A DNA stretch of 64,000 nt from Lama guanicoe (lineage: Eukaryota): the NCBI GenBank assembly GCA_013239625.1, contig MU054187.1:1057587-1121586 (forward strand). The letters are read 5' to 3'. The notes beneath the pieces are model-generated. The model saw only the letters and a program-made list of their open reading frames with translations. It made no database searches and was not told the DNA's origin. The stretch's first letter is position 1, and the number at the start of each line of letters is the position of its first letter. A program made the translations under genes and the position numbers. Of the stretch, positions 1-12,500 are shown in pieces.

Positions 1-19
1 CGTACTGGAAAGTGAACAG

Positions 20-503
20 CGGCGTTGCTCATATTCCCCCCAGATGTGGACACATCGTAAATGTTCATCATCTGATGAGTGGATACAGCACTCTGCCTAT
101 GGTGCCTCCATGCAATGGAGTAACGTTCAGCAGGGTGACAGAGTGGAGTACCGACACATCCTACAGCACTGATGACACGTGAAAACATGATGGTAGCTGA
201 AAAAAGGCAGTCACCTGAGGGCACGTATTGTGTGGTCCTTTTTATTTTAAGTATCCAAAACAGGTTAAGTACTTAGAGACAGAAAGTAAATTAGTAGCAG
301 ATAAGGCTGGATCTCGGAAGAGGGTGAGGGAAAAGCAGCAAAGAGGAATGTCTGCTAATGGGTGTTGGGTTCTTTTCGGCTGAAAGTCTTAAAATTAGTT
401 CGTGATGATGGTTGCACAGCCCTGTGAATATACTAAAAAGGCTGGAGTGAATTCTGCAAATGAGTAAATTTTATGGCATGTGAAATATGGCTCAATAAAG
501 CTG
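20..503 (+). mobile_element. Old LINE-1 3' end (L1MB-like 3' UTR)
   Basis: Typical L1M 3'-end motifs: gagacagaaagtaaattagtag, gatgatggttgcacagccctgtgaatatactaaaa, tttatggcatgtgaaatatggctcaataaagctg. Confidence 0.85.
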
Positions 504-3347
504 GAGAAGAAGTTTCCATTGTCTTCCTGATAGATTTAAGGAAAATTATGAAAGTCTCTTACTTGATAAGATGCCCAGTCCTCAGAGAAAGTGGTTGTGA
601 GGGACAAATGGGTGTGCAGAGGTGAGTGACAGGTGTGATGTACTTTCAGAAGGAGGAAGGACAGTTCTAGGTAATACTTACGCGCAAAAGCCTGAGGACT
701 ACAAAAGGCCTTGTGTGAAATTTCACCAGAACTGAACCTACTTGAGAGACTGGCTCTGATAAGTCCTCATGATTCCAGAGTTGATTTTCAGGGCAAAGAC
801 TGTGAATCATGTCCAAAGCTCCCAGTCTGGTAGTGCTCTTCCAGCTGCCTGCCTTAGTTCTGTCTACACTGTTACTGTTTCTCACCACCTTTATTTGAAG
901 CCTGTCATTTTTACCCTTTTTTGCCATCCCTTTGTCAAAACTGGTGCAGTCTGGTTATCCTGTCCAGCTTCTAGGCTTGTCTTAGTCTCTCCCACTAATA
1001 GCACGCGTGTGGTCAGTGGCCCATTTCTTCAAGTCCCTGTCAGATGGGAATATTTAATTGGATAAACACATTTCTCCAATGGAGTTAATGAAACTAAACG
1101 GCTCTTTTTAGGTACAGTTGGCACGGGGACTCCAGAGACTACACAGGCCTGGAGAGCCAGGCCTCAGCCACGGTGCTGGTGAGTCCAAGGCTCCATGACC
1201 GGCAGCGACGCTGGCCAAGCAGCTCTGTGTGCTAGACACTGTGTGTTGGACACTGTGTGTGTGCTGGGTTAGAAGAGGGCCAGAGCATAGTCACGTCAAT
1301 AGAGCTTCATTCTGGTGAGCAAAACAGCACCAGGAAAATTCGTAGACCACAGCAAGGAGCTTCGTAATGCAAAGAGCACAGTGGGGGCAGACCAGAGACC
1401 AGGACTGTGACGTCCTTGTGTGTCACATTCAGCAAGATGCAGCCTTGAGGGACTCAGGAAAGGGGAGTAAACCTAGTGGCTGAGATCATACAACCCCTGA
1501 GCCTGCGGTGCGGAGCAATGAGACGATGATGCTGGCAACACTGGTAGAAATTTGTACAGTGTGCTTGAGGTTTCAAGGGGTAAAATACCCTATTACGTCT
1601 TGAGATGTGCTGGAGAAAGGCTCAGGACCAGCTTAACCAAGGCAGCTGGGCTGGAGTCCAATGTTGCCATAGGAAATCTTGCCGATAGTCTAGAAGTATG
1701 GGGCAAAGCGATTGTTATCAAAGCCCGGGAAGCCACAGGGACTAAAACGAGGCAGATTATTAGACAAGCCATGAGAGCCGCAGGTCCACTCTGCACTGAT
1801 GGTCTCCTCTGTGGAAGCTTGTGGCTTGGTCAGTGTTTTACGTATGGAATTAAATTGGATGGAACTGGATTTCATTAAGTGGAATGGATTACTTGTAGCC
1901 TGCTTGGAAGCCTGAGGTTGGTTTGTTTGTTTTCACTGTTCATCGTCTGTGTTTTCGGGAAGAGTTCTGGGGCTAGAGCATATATAGAGTTTAGAAAGGT
2001 CCCTGTCGTACATGTTCCCATGGGACAAAATCCCGAGTGCACAGTTCCTGGCCAAGTGACGGGACCGCTGGGTGGATCTTAATCTTTTAGCCATCCTCCC
2101 ACAATACACATGTTGCTGAACTCCAGGTTATGGGAATATTTAAAATTGTCTTAATGGTAGGTAAGTAGATAATCAGTGCGGTAAGTTGCAAATAAGAACT
2201 AAACCAAACAGAAAACAAAGCAAAAACCAAAACACAGCTACTTAATGTTTTGTATAAATATATGGTAGGAAAACTGTCTCAACACCAGTTGCAGAGGTCA
2301 GGCCATTAATGGAAGGTCATCATGATTAAAAGTAGAAGGATAATAAAGTGGAAATCTTTTGCAGGTTTGGGAAGAATTGAACTCGTTTGTTGTCCATCAG
2401 GAAGGAAGCTTGGGGACAGACAGGTGGGAGATATGAGACAGGAGCGATGAATCTTAGGAGTGACTGTGGTCATAGTAACATTTGGGATCGGAGGTAGTCA
2501 GCATTCCATGACTCAATCGTTTTCTCTGGGCTGTACTACAGTCTGATGATCTGAACATGGGGAGCTCACAGCTGTGGGTTAGAACAGGTGAGAGAGAGGT
2601 AAAGAAAGAGGATTTTAAAAATCCTCATCAAGAATGGCAGATTCATAAATTTCACAAAGTCAGGACAGCCCTACATTGTAGATGACAGCTTTCCAAATAC
2701 AGAGCACCTTAGGTGCCAGCATGAGGTTCAGAGGACAAAGATTAAACATTTTACATTCATCACAAATAGCTCATTCATGTGTGTAAATGTGGTTTCAGAA
2801 AATCTGATTTCACCCCTGGAATTTAACAGAATTCCAGACAGCCCCCAAGTCTTTTGACCATAAAACTCCTCTGCAGCCTCGTCCCGTGTCTTGCTAGCCT
2901 CTCTCAGGTCTTTCTCTAAAGCCTCCTACGGCCTCAGAGCAGAGGCAGTGCGGTTTCACTCACGTCCAGTCTATTCAGCGAGTCAGTCTTTTCTAAACTG
3001 AACGAGCAAATGGCAAGAATAAGAGCAATAAAGTATTTTTAACCATAAATTTAGATGAAACCTAAATAATCATCGAGGTGAGTGGAGACTCCTCGCCTGT
3101 GCTCTCTGAGCAGCAGCCCTGGCCGAGTGTGAGCCCACCGGCCTTCAGGCCCAGGCCCACCCAGCGAGGACATCCCAGGGTTACATTAAGTGTGGGTGCG
3201 TGTTCTTGTGCCAGGGAGGGTACTTCAGTCCTGAGCTGGTTCTGTGTTTAGGTGTGTCTTTCGTTGGCCTGGATGTGGTTTACACGGCGGGGACTCTCAC
3301 TCCTTCCCCCGTGTCTCCGTATGATGCCTGAAACAGCTTCAGCCGCA

Positions 3348-3467
3348 CCAGTGGGCATTTCCTAGAAATTCACATTTGTCTCCCCCCAGAGCTGCTGACT
3401 CAGAAGCTCTGCATTTTCATGAACTCTGCAGGTGATTTTGTTGCACAGTAAGGTTTGAGAACTACTG
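3348..3467 (+). mobile_element. MER5A-like hAT-Charlie DNA transposon fragment
   Basis: Ends caggtgattttgttgcacagtaaggtttgagaactactg, like the MER5A terminus. Confidence 0.65.
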
Positions 3468-4992
3468 TTCCAGGCAAACGAAATCCGGGTCCAGGAAAAG
3501 GAATGAGTACATAAGACCAAAGCAAGATGGTATTGGACACTTCCTACGGGAAACCTGCAAAAGCCTGAATCCTGGATGTTTTGGAGGAACACTTACTTTT
3601 AAACACACACAAGTAACTTACTCCCTGTAGTCATACTCCATTACCCTCCACCATGTTTTCTATCCAAAAGCCAATGCTGTACCTTGTTACTTTAGTAATA
3701 CCAGCTGTCTATTGAATCGTGGCCTCTTACAGATAAATTCTTGGTAATATTTCCTTACACTTTGGAAGATATAGAAAACTGAGATAAGACGTGTTTTTGA
3801 GAATTTTTAAATATAAAAATATATTCACTCTGGGGCTTCCCTGGCACAAAGTAGAATACGACTTCAGATGAAAAAAAGGGTATATTCATTAATTTCAGTC
3901 ATCTATGTATAACAGGCCATTTAATCATTAATCCTAATCCTAATTTATCCAAAATTCTAATTACTAGGTATCCTCTTTCTCTACGTACTTTACTATATAT
4001 TCAACTGTGTCTGTCAAACTGTTCATTAGTTTAGAGTGATAAATTTGTCCCTCCAAAAATTAATGGAAAGTGAGATGTCTAGTTCTACGAGATGATGTGC
4101 TATCCACAGTGTAGGAAATGTATTTTCTTCTTGTAATGACGCTCCGAGACATATAATGAATCAGAGAATAAGTGTTAAGTGAAAACATTTAAGGAAGGTA
4201 GGTGGAAAAAGAAACGGCTGTGGTAACTCCTGCAGTCAGAAAAAGCAATGTTGCTATTTCTTAAACCTTTCAGTACCAAGTCAAGAGTTCAGATATTGAG
4301 GGAACTCCTGTATTTGTATAAAACTTCAGTTTTTTTGGAAAAATGTGTCGGCATGTCAGCATGCTGCAAACACTAAAAGCACTCTAAAAGCGTTCTTTCA
4401 CTTTGCAGTTGCTTTAGCAAATAATTTCCTCCTGGAGACCCTGCCGGTGTTCCTCCCGCTGCCCCACAAGGTGTGCAGAGCACCGCACAGCACTGCCTCC
4501 CGTTGGTCGGGCGCTGGCCACATTACATAAGGGAGCTTCCTCCAGCCAGTTCTCCCCGACCTCTGTATGTAGGTCTCCAGCCCAGATTTTCTCAGCCCTT
4601 TAGGCTGCTGTATATTTAGAGTAGAATACAAATGAGTTTCAGAAGAACATAAATTATCTAAAATTGTTCCCTACCGCCAAAAAAAAAAGTTCGAAAGTTT
4701 ATTTGTAATGATATTCTGTGGTCACTTGTGTGCTATTTTCCATCAATGTGCATTCTGCTTCTGATATACATGTGGCATTGAGTTGTTAACGAGACCAGTT
4801 TTTAGACTACTTTTCAGTTCATGTGTATCCTGTCAATAATGATTTTGCTCTGTTTGTTTAATTTTTTAAAAAAATGTCTTTGGGCACATAGAGGGGAATG
4901 GTTCTGTACTTACATTAGGCTTCTTGTTCTGGTATCTTGCCACCTGAAATCCGTATTGACTTGGACTACTTGGTATGGATGTACGTGAGCAC

Positions 4993-5480
4993 AGATATAC
5001 CGTACAAACATTAATCCCCAAAGGTAGGAGCGGCTATGTTAATGTTAGAGAAAGCAGACTTCAGAGCAAAGACCATTGCCAGTGACAGAGAGGGACAGTA
5101 AACAATGCTAAAAGAGTCAAGATGGCATAGCAATCCAAAGTGTGTGTGTTCCCTATAGAGCTGACATATCCAAAATGACGTTTGGAGACTACAGCTCACT
5201 TCTTCAGCAATCAGCATAACTAAAGGCAAAAGAAGAACCCATCAACACTATCACACAGAAGTGTCTCATCAACATATAGAACGTTCCACTCAACATTCTC
5301 TTTAAGTGCCTATGAAGCATATAACAAGATAGACCATACTTAAAAATGCAAAAAATTTAAAAGAATTTAAATCATATGAAGTATGTTGATTTACCAGAAT
5401 AATAACAATAACAAAAGTATAAAGCAATAACAAAAAGATAATAGAAAAATCTCCAATACTTGGAAATGAAACATATACAC
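4993..5480 (+). mobile_element. L1 ORF2 endonuclease-region fragment, inverted relative to the adjoining L1
   Basis: Degenerate translation ...GAAMLMLEKADFRAKTIASDREGQ... resembles L1 EN 'GVAILISDKVDFRAKKITRDKEGH'. Ends near the WKLN-coding motif (tggaaatgaaac). Confidence 0.85.
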
Positions 5481-8375
5481 TTGTATGGTATATCTTTTTA
5501 TTATTTACCTATGTATATTATTATATTTGAACTGAGTATCTTGTAGTCAGCATATAGTTTGGTAATGCTGTTATTTTTAATCCACAATGCCAATCTTTGT
5601 CTTCTAATGTGTTTAGAAATTTGTTTTCTCATGTGTCCAGAAATTTACCTTTAATATCATTATTGGTATTTTGAAACTAAATTCAGCCTTTTAACTTTAG
5701 CTTTCTCTTTATTTTCTTTGTATTTTCATTTTTCTGTTACTTTTTTCTACCTTCCTTGGGTACATGAGTGATTTTAAGAGTTTGGTTTATCTGTGGTGTT
5801 TTGAGCACATCATTTTGCACAGCTTTTTTAGTGGTTGCTGTTGGAATTACTACACACACACATACATATAAATGTATTTAAGTATACAAAAATACACATC
5901 CATGTGTGTTGACATGCACACATATGAGCTCACACATACACACATCTATGGCCAACTGGCGTTGCTGTTAACACCAGTTTATGTGACATTCAGAAACGTT
6001 ACTTCACTCTACATCTCCCTGTACTCCTCCATGTAGAATATAAATGTCTGTTTCCTTTACGTATGTGAGAACTGCATTACAGTGTTTATAATTATTGTTT
6101 CATCCCTCAGCTTAACTTGGAAAACTGAAGTGGAGAAGGAAAGTAGATTCTGTTTATCCAAATTTTGCTCTGCCTGCATCCTCTTTCCCTCTGCATAATC
6201 CTGTCTCCTTCTTCTATTTCTTCTTCATTTTCCTTCTGTCTTTAGAACTTTCTATAGCCCTTCTTTCAGAGTAGGTTATTATTGTCTGAGTATGTGTGTC
6301 CCCTCAAAATTCACATGAAGAAATTCTAAGACCCAGTGTGATGGTGTTAGGAGATAGAGCCTCTGGGAGATGATTAAGCCACGAGGGTCCCACAGAACTT
6401 TCTGGCCCCCTTTTAACATGTGAGAATACAATGAAAAGTCTGCAGCCCAGAAGAGGGCTCTTACTTGACTAAACTGGCATTGTCATCTTGGAAGTCAAGC
6501 TTCCAGAATCATGAAAAATAAGTGTTTGTTGTTTATAAGACAGTCTGTCGTATTTTGATATAACAGCAAGAAAGGACTAAGGCAGTAGGTCTGCTAGTGA
6601 CAAGTTCTCCTAGTTTCCTTTATTTGAAATTGTCTTGATTTTCTCTTCATTCCTAAAGGATATTTTCAGTGGATATAAAGTTCTTGATTGACAGTTCTTT
6701 TCTTTCAACACCTGAAATATGTGGTACCACTTCTTTCTGATCTCAGTGAATTATGGTGAGAAATCAGTTTTCAGTTCATTTGTTTCCCTCTGTAGGTAAC
6801 ACATTGTTTCTCTGGTTCCTTTCGGTGTTTTTTCTTCATCTTTATTTTTCTGAAGTTTGAGTATGATATGTCTTGGTGGTGTTTCTTTTAGTTTATCCTG
6901 CTTGGGATATATTTAGCTTCTTGGATCTGTTGGTTTATGTTTTGTTGCCAAATTTGGAAATTGTCAGCCAATGTTTACTTGAATACTTTTTAATCCCCAC
7001 CCATTTTGTTCTCCTGTGACTCTGGCGACAGGGACATAAGATCTTGTGTCGTAGTTCCACAGGCCCCTGAGACCTTTTTCATTTCTTCCTTTTTTCAGTC
7101 TAATTCTTCTCTGTTCAGGTTGGGTTTCTGTTGCTTTATCTGAAGGTTCCCTGAGTCTTTCTTCTGTCTCCTTCATTTTCTTGTTGAGCTCATCTGTTAA
7201 TATTTTTGTCTTATTTGTTGCACTTTTTAGTTTCATAATTTTAATTTGTTGATTCTTTATACCTTTGATTACTTTGCTTAGACTTTCTATTTCTTTGCTG
7301 AAACTTTCTCATTTTTTTCCACTTTTTTCAAGCATGTTCCCAATGGCTTTTTGCAACATTTTTATAATGGCTTCTTTAAAATTCTTCAGATAATTCTAAC
7401 ATCTGTGTCATTTCAGGTTTAGCATATGTTGTCTTTTTCCTTCATTTTGAGATCTTCCAAGTTTTTATCATGCAGGTGCTTTTCATATAAAATATAGATA
7501 TCTTGAGTATCACGTTACAAGATTCCGGGTCTCATTTAAAACTTGTGCTCTGCTGTGTGATGAAGGGCACCACCTTGTCACTGATGGAGGTACAAGAACA
7601 GCTTCTCACTCCCTTGACCCCTCAGGGTAGGGAGCCTCCTTGTTGATACTGAGTGGGTGTGGAAGGCCAGGCTCCCAGAGATGACTGCACTGATAACCCT
7701 GTCTGGGGCGGGGGCCTTGTTACTAGTCCCCGTGTGGCCTCCTTTGGCACCATGGAGAGATTGCCTTGTTAGCGCTGAGTGATGGGAAAAGTTCTGAGTG
7801 TCCATTTGCCTTTACTGGCACAGTCCCAGTAGGGAGGGATGTGGGAAGGGACGGAAGTTCAGAATCTCCATGTGGTCTTCACTGATTCTGTGTGTGAGGG
7901 GCTCATTACCCCCTCGAGGGGCTTCACAGTCAGGCTTCTCTGACCCCATCCTGGTAGGGGTATGGATCCTTCACTATAACCTGGAAAGGAAGGAAGTCCA
8001 GGCCCCCACTTGGTTTTTGCTGGCATGAGTTGGGTTGGGGGCACAGCTTTTCCCTGCGGTGTTTGGCTGGAGTACAGCTGGCAAGGTCTAAAGGTTTTCT
8101 GTCTTGGTAGGCTGCTCTTTTGTGGTCCTTGGCTAGAGAGAGCAAGTTTTCCTTGGAGCTTTTTTTAAAAGTCTACACCCCCAAGTAGTTCCAGGTGACC
8201 TACTTCTAGTTCCAGGATTTCAGTCATTCTCGTGTCCCCAGCAGGTCTACCTCCTTCTCTCCAACTTGAAGTGTCTTCTTACATTTGTTTCTTATGTAAT
8301 GTTTAGAGTTTTTAGTGGTGCTTTGCATCAGAATAGGAAAAAGTGGAACTACTCCATTTCCCAGGGAGCAGGAGT
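5481..8375 (-). mobile_element. Old LINE-1 5' part (5' UTR, ORF1, start of ORF2), interrupted by an MLT1A LTR
   Basis: Minus strand near 5481-5620 encodes decayed EN motifs (RQRLA.WIK...TIC.LQ.T..K...KIYH). ORF 6964-7236 is a coiled-coil-like ORF1 remnant (KMKETEERLRE...LRGLW). An L1M-type 5' terminus lies near 8340-8375. Confidence 0.85.
6277..6584 (+). mobile_element. MLT1A-like MaLR solo LTR nested in L1
   Basis: Starts ...gtctgagtatgtgtgtcccctcaaaattcac and ends gactaaggca. Flanked by the direct repeat gtaggt (6271-6276 and 6585-6590); L1 sequence is contiguous across it. Confidence 0.9.
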
Positions 8376-8614
8376 CAATATTTGATTAATCTTTTAATAC
8401 TGCATTTGTCATATTGCTTATCTGCTGGAAATCCCAGATACCAACCACGGGTTAAAGGATGTAATCGACATGTATTTGCCTGGTATCTAAGGTCACCAGT
8501 AATCTGGTTTTATCCTAAATAATCAAGTTTCAGAATTGTCTATTCCTCTTTTGATAATACTTAATATGAATATCCTTACAAACATTTTATTGGACCCCAG
8601 TTTACTCTTTAAAT

Positions 8615-8950
8615 AGGTTTCTGACACCAGCTCTAATATGGGGGAGCATTCCCCACACCAGTAAGCAATTCTCAGGACCCCAGCTGGATGGCCTATAATT
8701 TCAACTCAGATCTGATACTATTTACCCAGAGACAGCATCAGACTGCACAGTTTGAACGCTTGGTCCTACAAGTCTGTCCTTTCTCTGCCCTTCAGTTACC
8801 TGTCATAACTCAGGATGTTACTTGTGCTACTGACCAATGAACGGGCCTCAGATTGGAGGTTCCAGCAGTCCCTCCAACTCAGAATGCCAGTTGCAAGTCC
8901 AGGTTATCACCTGTACTTATGACCACCTGGCTATAAATCAAATGTTCCCA
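8615..8950 (-). mobile_element. MER21-family LTR fragment (3' part)
   Basis: cagctggatggcctataatttcaactcagatctgatactatttacccagagacagcatcagac and gccagttgcaagtccaggttatcacctgtacttatgacc match the reverse complement of the MER21-type LTR 3' half. Confidence 0.75.
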
Positions 8951-11129
8951 GGTTATGTACCTAATTCCTTCACTATTATTTGGAAGAGAGAAGGTACTCT
9001 ACAATCTCTTGAATTGGTTTGTTAAAAGTCATAAAAGGGAAAGGATGGACAGTGAGAAGGAAAGATAAACTTTTCAGCAATCACTCTTTTGATTGTGATA
9101 AAAAGATAATTACATTCTTTGGTGCTGGAAGTCATAGCTCAAGGAAAAAGAGAGTGGCAAGGATGAAAAATTTTCTTCTGACTGTTAAAATGGCATAAAA
9201 ATCTTAGCAGTCAGGCACAAGTTCCCCTAAGGATTTGAACTTTGGGAGAAATTAGAGTGTTTTTCCTTCTCAGTCCAAATAACTGCAGCAACTGAACCAT
9301 CAAACTTGTTGCCAGAGTGCTTACAAAGCGTTGGAAGGAAGGGTCAAAACAGGCAAGAGAAGTAATAAAATTCACACCCCTGTGTTCACTTCGTTAGAAG
9401 AAGGAAGAAATGAAGCAGCGTGGCTGCCGCTTTTTTTAGACTTGCCACCCTATCTGCTTAGGAGACAAACTAGGCTGTCTGAGCTCCAAGAAGTTCTGTT
9501 TCACTGGTTGAGAGGTTGAGATACAAGACAAATAACGCAGCATTTTTGAAGCAAAGGGAAGTCTTCTGTTTGAAACTGCTGTAACCAGAAGGGCACTCAG
9601 GTGAAGTTTCAGTAGAGGAACCTCAGCTCTCACTTGTTGTGAGCCTCTGCCCACTGCCTGGATTTTTATGGCACCCTGGATAGTCTCATGTTTTAGAAGT
9701 TAGTGTCATCTTCTGACAGCAATCTTTGTAAATCTTAGATGACCAAGATGTCGAGTGAGATGTGTCATCCATCAGCACGCTAGCCTTCATCCCCCGATTT
9801 CCCGCAATGGAGGGGGCTTCCCAGTGTAAAACCACCTGCAGTCCAGGACCGCCTTCTGGCAGGTGATGTCCCCACAGAGTTTCTACTACAAGTAGCTCTT
9901 TTTTCCCCCTACTTTGCCGATTTGGGTTTTCCTCTTGGCTGGTTTCTTCCTTAGGACTCAGTGCACCAGAAGTCTCCCGGGAAACCTTTTTGACTCTTTG
10001 AAGGAGCGCTGGGCTTTCCGTGACGTTTCCTCTTGAAAATACAGCTCTTGGAACAGAGCTGGTGTTATTTGTTGAGTAAATGAGCCAAATGGCTCTGGCC
10101 TGTCCTCTTGCTGCCCAGGAACAGTTTTCCACTAACACCCCCACCTCTATGGCCTCCCTCTATTCTGTTCTCAAACTTCCCTTGTCATCTTCTCTTTGAG
10201 ATGAAGCCCTTTACTTGTCCACTTTCCTGGTCTGTGACCATTCTTTTCCTATTTTCCGTATGTGTAAGTTTGGACTCACATAATCTTGTTTCCCTAAGTC
10301 CATTTTCCTAGAGGTGGCACATGAAAAAAAAATGAAACTTTCAGAAAGATACAAGTCAAATATTTTGGGAGTTGTCAGAATTCCCACATTCCTGGCATAA
10401 AAATGAGTGCTACCTCTCCAAGAAAAATCCTGGTATGTCCTCTTGTGTTGAGCTCAGTTAAACCTTAAGAGCCATTTGTTGATTGGGATTCCAAAATCCA
10501 GGCAAAGGAAGTCACTTTTGGCTTCTGCCCAGTGTCACAGGTCTTCATGGGCCACTGTCCAGTGCATACAGTCCGCAGAGCTTCTAAGCAGGCCCCTTTG
10601 AGGGTCAGTGAAGTAAGAGGACGTCCCTGCCTAGACTAGAAGTGCTAGCCCGAGAGACGGAGCTCCTCTGAGAAAGGCCTGGGTTAATTGTGTCCAAGCA
10701 TGACCTGCCCCCGCCATTGTCAAACTAAAGGTCAAGTTGATGACGGCCAGGTTGGGGCTTACCTCAGAGGTCTCGGGAGGAAAAGGCACGGGAAAAGGTA
10801 GCTCAGAAAGAATTATCATCACAACATTTAGAAAATTCCGTCTCTGTTCTTAGCTTCCTCCTCACGACAGTCCACTCAGTACGGCATACGGTGAATGTAA
10901 AAGGTGCAGTGATACGAGTGACGATGAATTACACTTCATACGTGTGAACGTGCGAAATACAGATTAAACGTGCCCTATTTCCTGGGCGTGCTTTCACACA
11001 CGTAATCTCTTTCCAACACTCAAAAAAGACTGCTCAGTAGAGAAGCACCGTTACATTGACGGGGAAAGGAGAACTTTGCTCTCTTTGCAGTTTCACCCAG
11101 TCTTTTTAGTTGGTTTAGTGTGCCGTGCT

Positions 11130-11450
11130 CGGTGTCCTTCTCGACTCTAGGCACCCTCTTTCCTCAGCTGGAGAAAGCGGACTCTCACTGGGATCAGGCT
11201 TACTCACTAGGTTCCATTCTAGGCTGACTCTTCCCCAGGGGCCTCCACAGTGTGGGAGGAGTTGTTCTCGAAAACAGGTCCCCTGTCGTCACCCTTACAT
11301 TCCATCAGCACGTCTCCTGGTCCGTCTCCTCCCTGGACTAGGAATTCTCTGGACGAGGGGAGTAGCTCGTTTGTTAAGGGACCTGAGCTCCTCGTACTGT
11401 GCCTGGTCCTCCGTAGTCAGATGGTAACAGCTGTAGAATGAATGAATGGA
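11130..11450 (+). mobile_element. L2 3' end
   Basis: tgtgcctggtcc followed by the gaatgaatgaatg tail typical of L2. Confidence 0.6.
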
Positions 11451-11998
11451 CTAGCTGATTAGTTATTATGTCTTTTCTTCAGCCAGAGCAAGCATTTTCT
11501 ACAAGTTTAGAAGAACTTGTTCCCATTTCCTCAAAAGTATTGTGTCGTCTTTTGTTTTGCCTAAAATTGTGTTCTAACGATAGGTATTGTTCACTAGCAG
11601 ACAGACTCTTCTGGGACCACGCACTTATGAAATGTACAAGAAGTTACGTAGGAATAGAAGTTAAGATTATATAACCTGCAGTTCTGAGACGGGAACACCT
11701 ATGTACAGTTCAGCTGTACAGGCTTATCTGTTGCTGGTACTTACAGCTTCCTCTAAGCAATAGACAGACACCTGTTTCCTGCCCAGCTTTTCAGCATCGG
11801 GTGGTCCCGACCCCTCTTGTAATTAAGATCACGTTTCGACTGAGTTGCACAGCCAGCACATTTATTTTCTAAGTTTAGGAAATCACCATGCTGTGTGTAT
11901 TTCCAAACTTTAATTAGTTTTGTTAAACTACAGAGAGTTTAAAAGTTATTATTTTAATAAATGGTATGTCTAAGGTTTTTGATAAGTGAATAATAAAC

Positions 11999-12101
11999 CA
12001 GTGCTTCTCAAACTTTATTTCACATGAATCATCCTGGGACTTTGTTATGTGGAGATTCACATGCAGAAGGTCTGGGGTGAGGCCTGAGACCCTGCATTTC
12101 C
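11999..12101 (-). mobile_element. MER5-like DNA transposon fragment
   Basis: cagtgcttctcaaactt...ggtctggggtgaggcctgagaccctgcatttc. Confidence 0.65.
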
Positions 12102-12309
12102 CAGCTCTCTGTGTTGGCCTGCATGACAGCCCCTGGACCAGTACCCCAAACAGGGATTCCTACCTGTTTCCCTCAAGCTCCATAACACTCAAAATGGAGT
12201 TAATAGTAAGTGTGCAATTAGAATGTCAATGCTTCTTACTGTTTCTGTTAATGTGAATTAAATTTATTCTGTCCTCCCAATACCCATTGTATGTCTTAAA
12301 AGAGCGTAT

Positions 12310-12500
12310 GTAACATGGATTTTGAAGCTAGATTTCCAGGACTTGACTTCTGGGTCACCCTTTAGTGGCTGGTTCTTTAATTATCTTATCATCACTAATA
12401 TCGGGCTATGTCCTAAGCCTAAGATCCCTCGTCTGGGAGTTGTTTTGAGGAAAATGTGTAAATTCACACAGAATGGCAACATGGGGTATAGTCATCATGA
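12310..12500 (+). mobile_element. MIR SINE (degenerate)
   Basis: MIR-like head (catggattttgaagctaga) and gagttgttttgaggaaaatg segment. Confidence 0.5.

Noticed and set aside
10370..10410. CQECG motif on the minus strand suggesting a C2H2 zinc finger
   Set aside because: No following F/L/HxxxH pattern or repeat array, and a stop follows shortly after.
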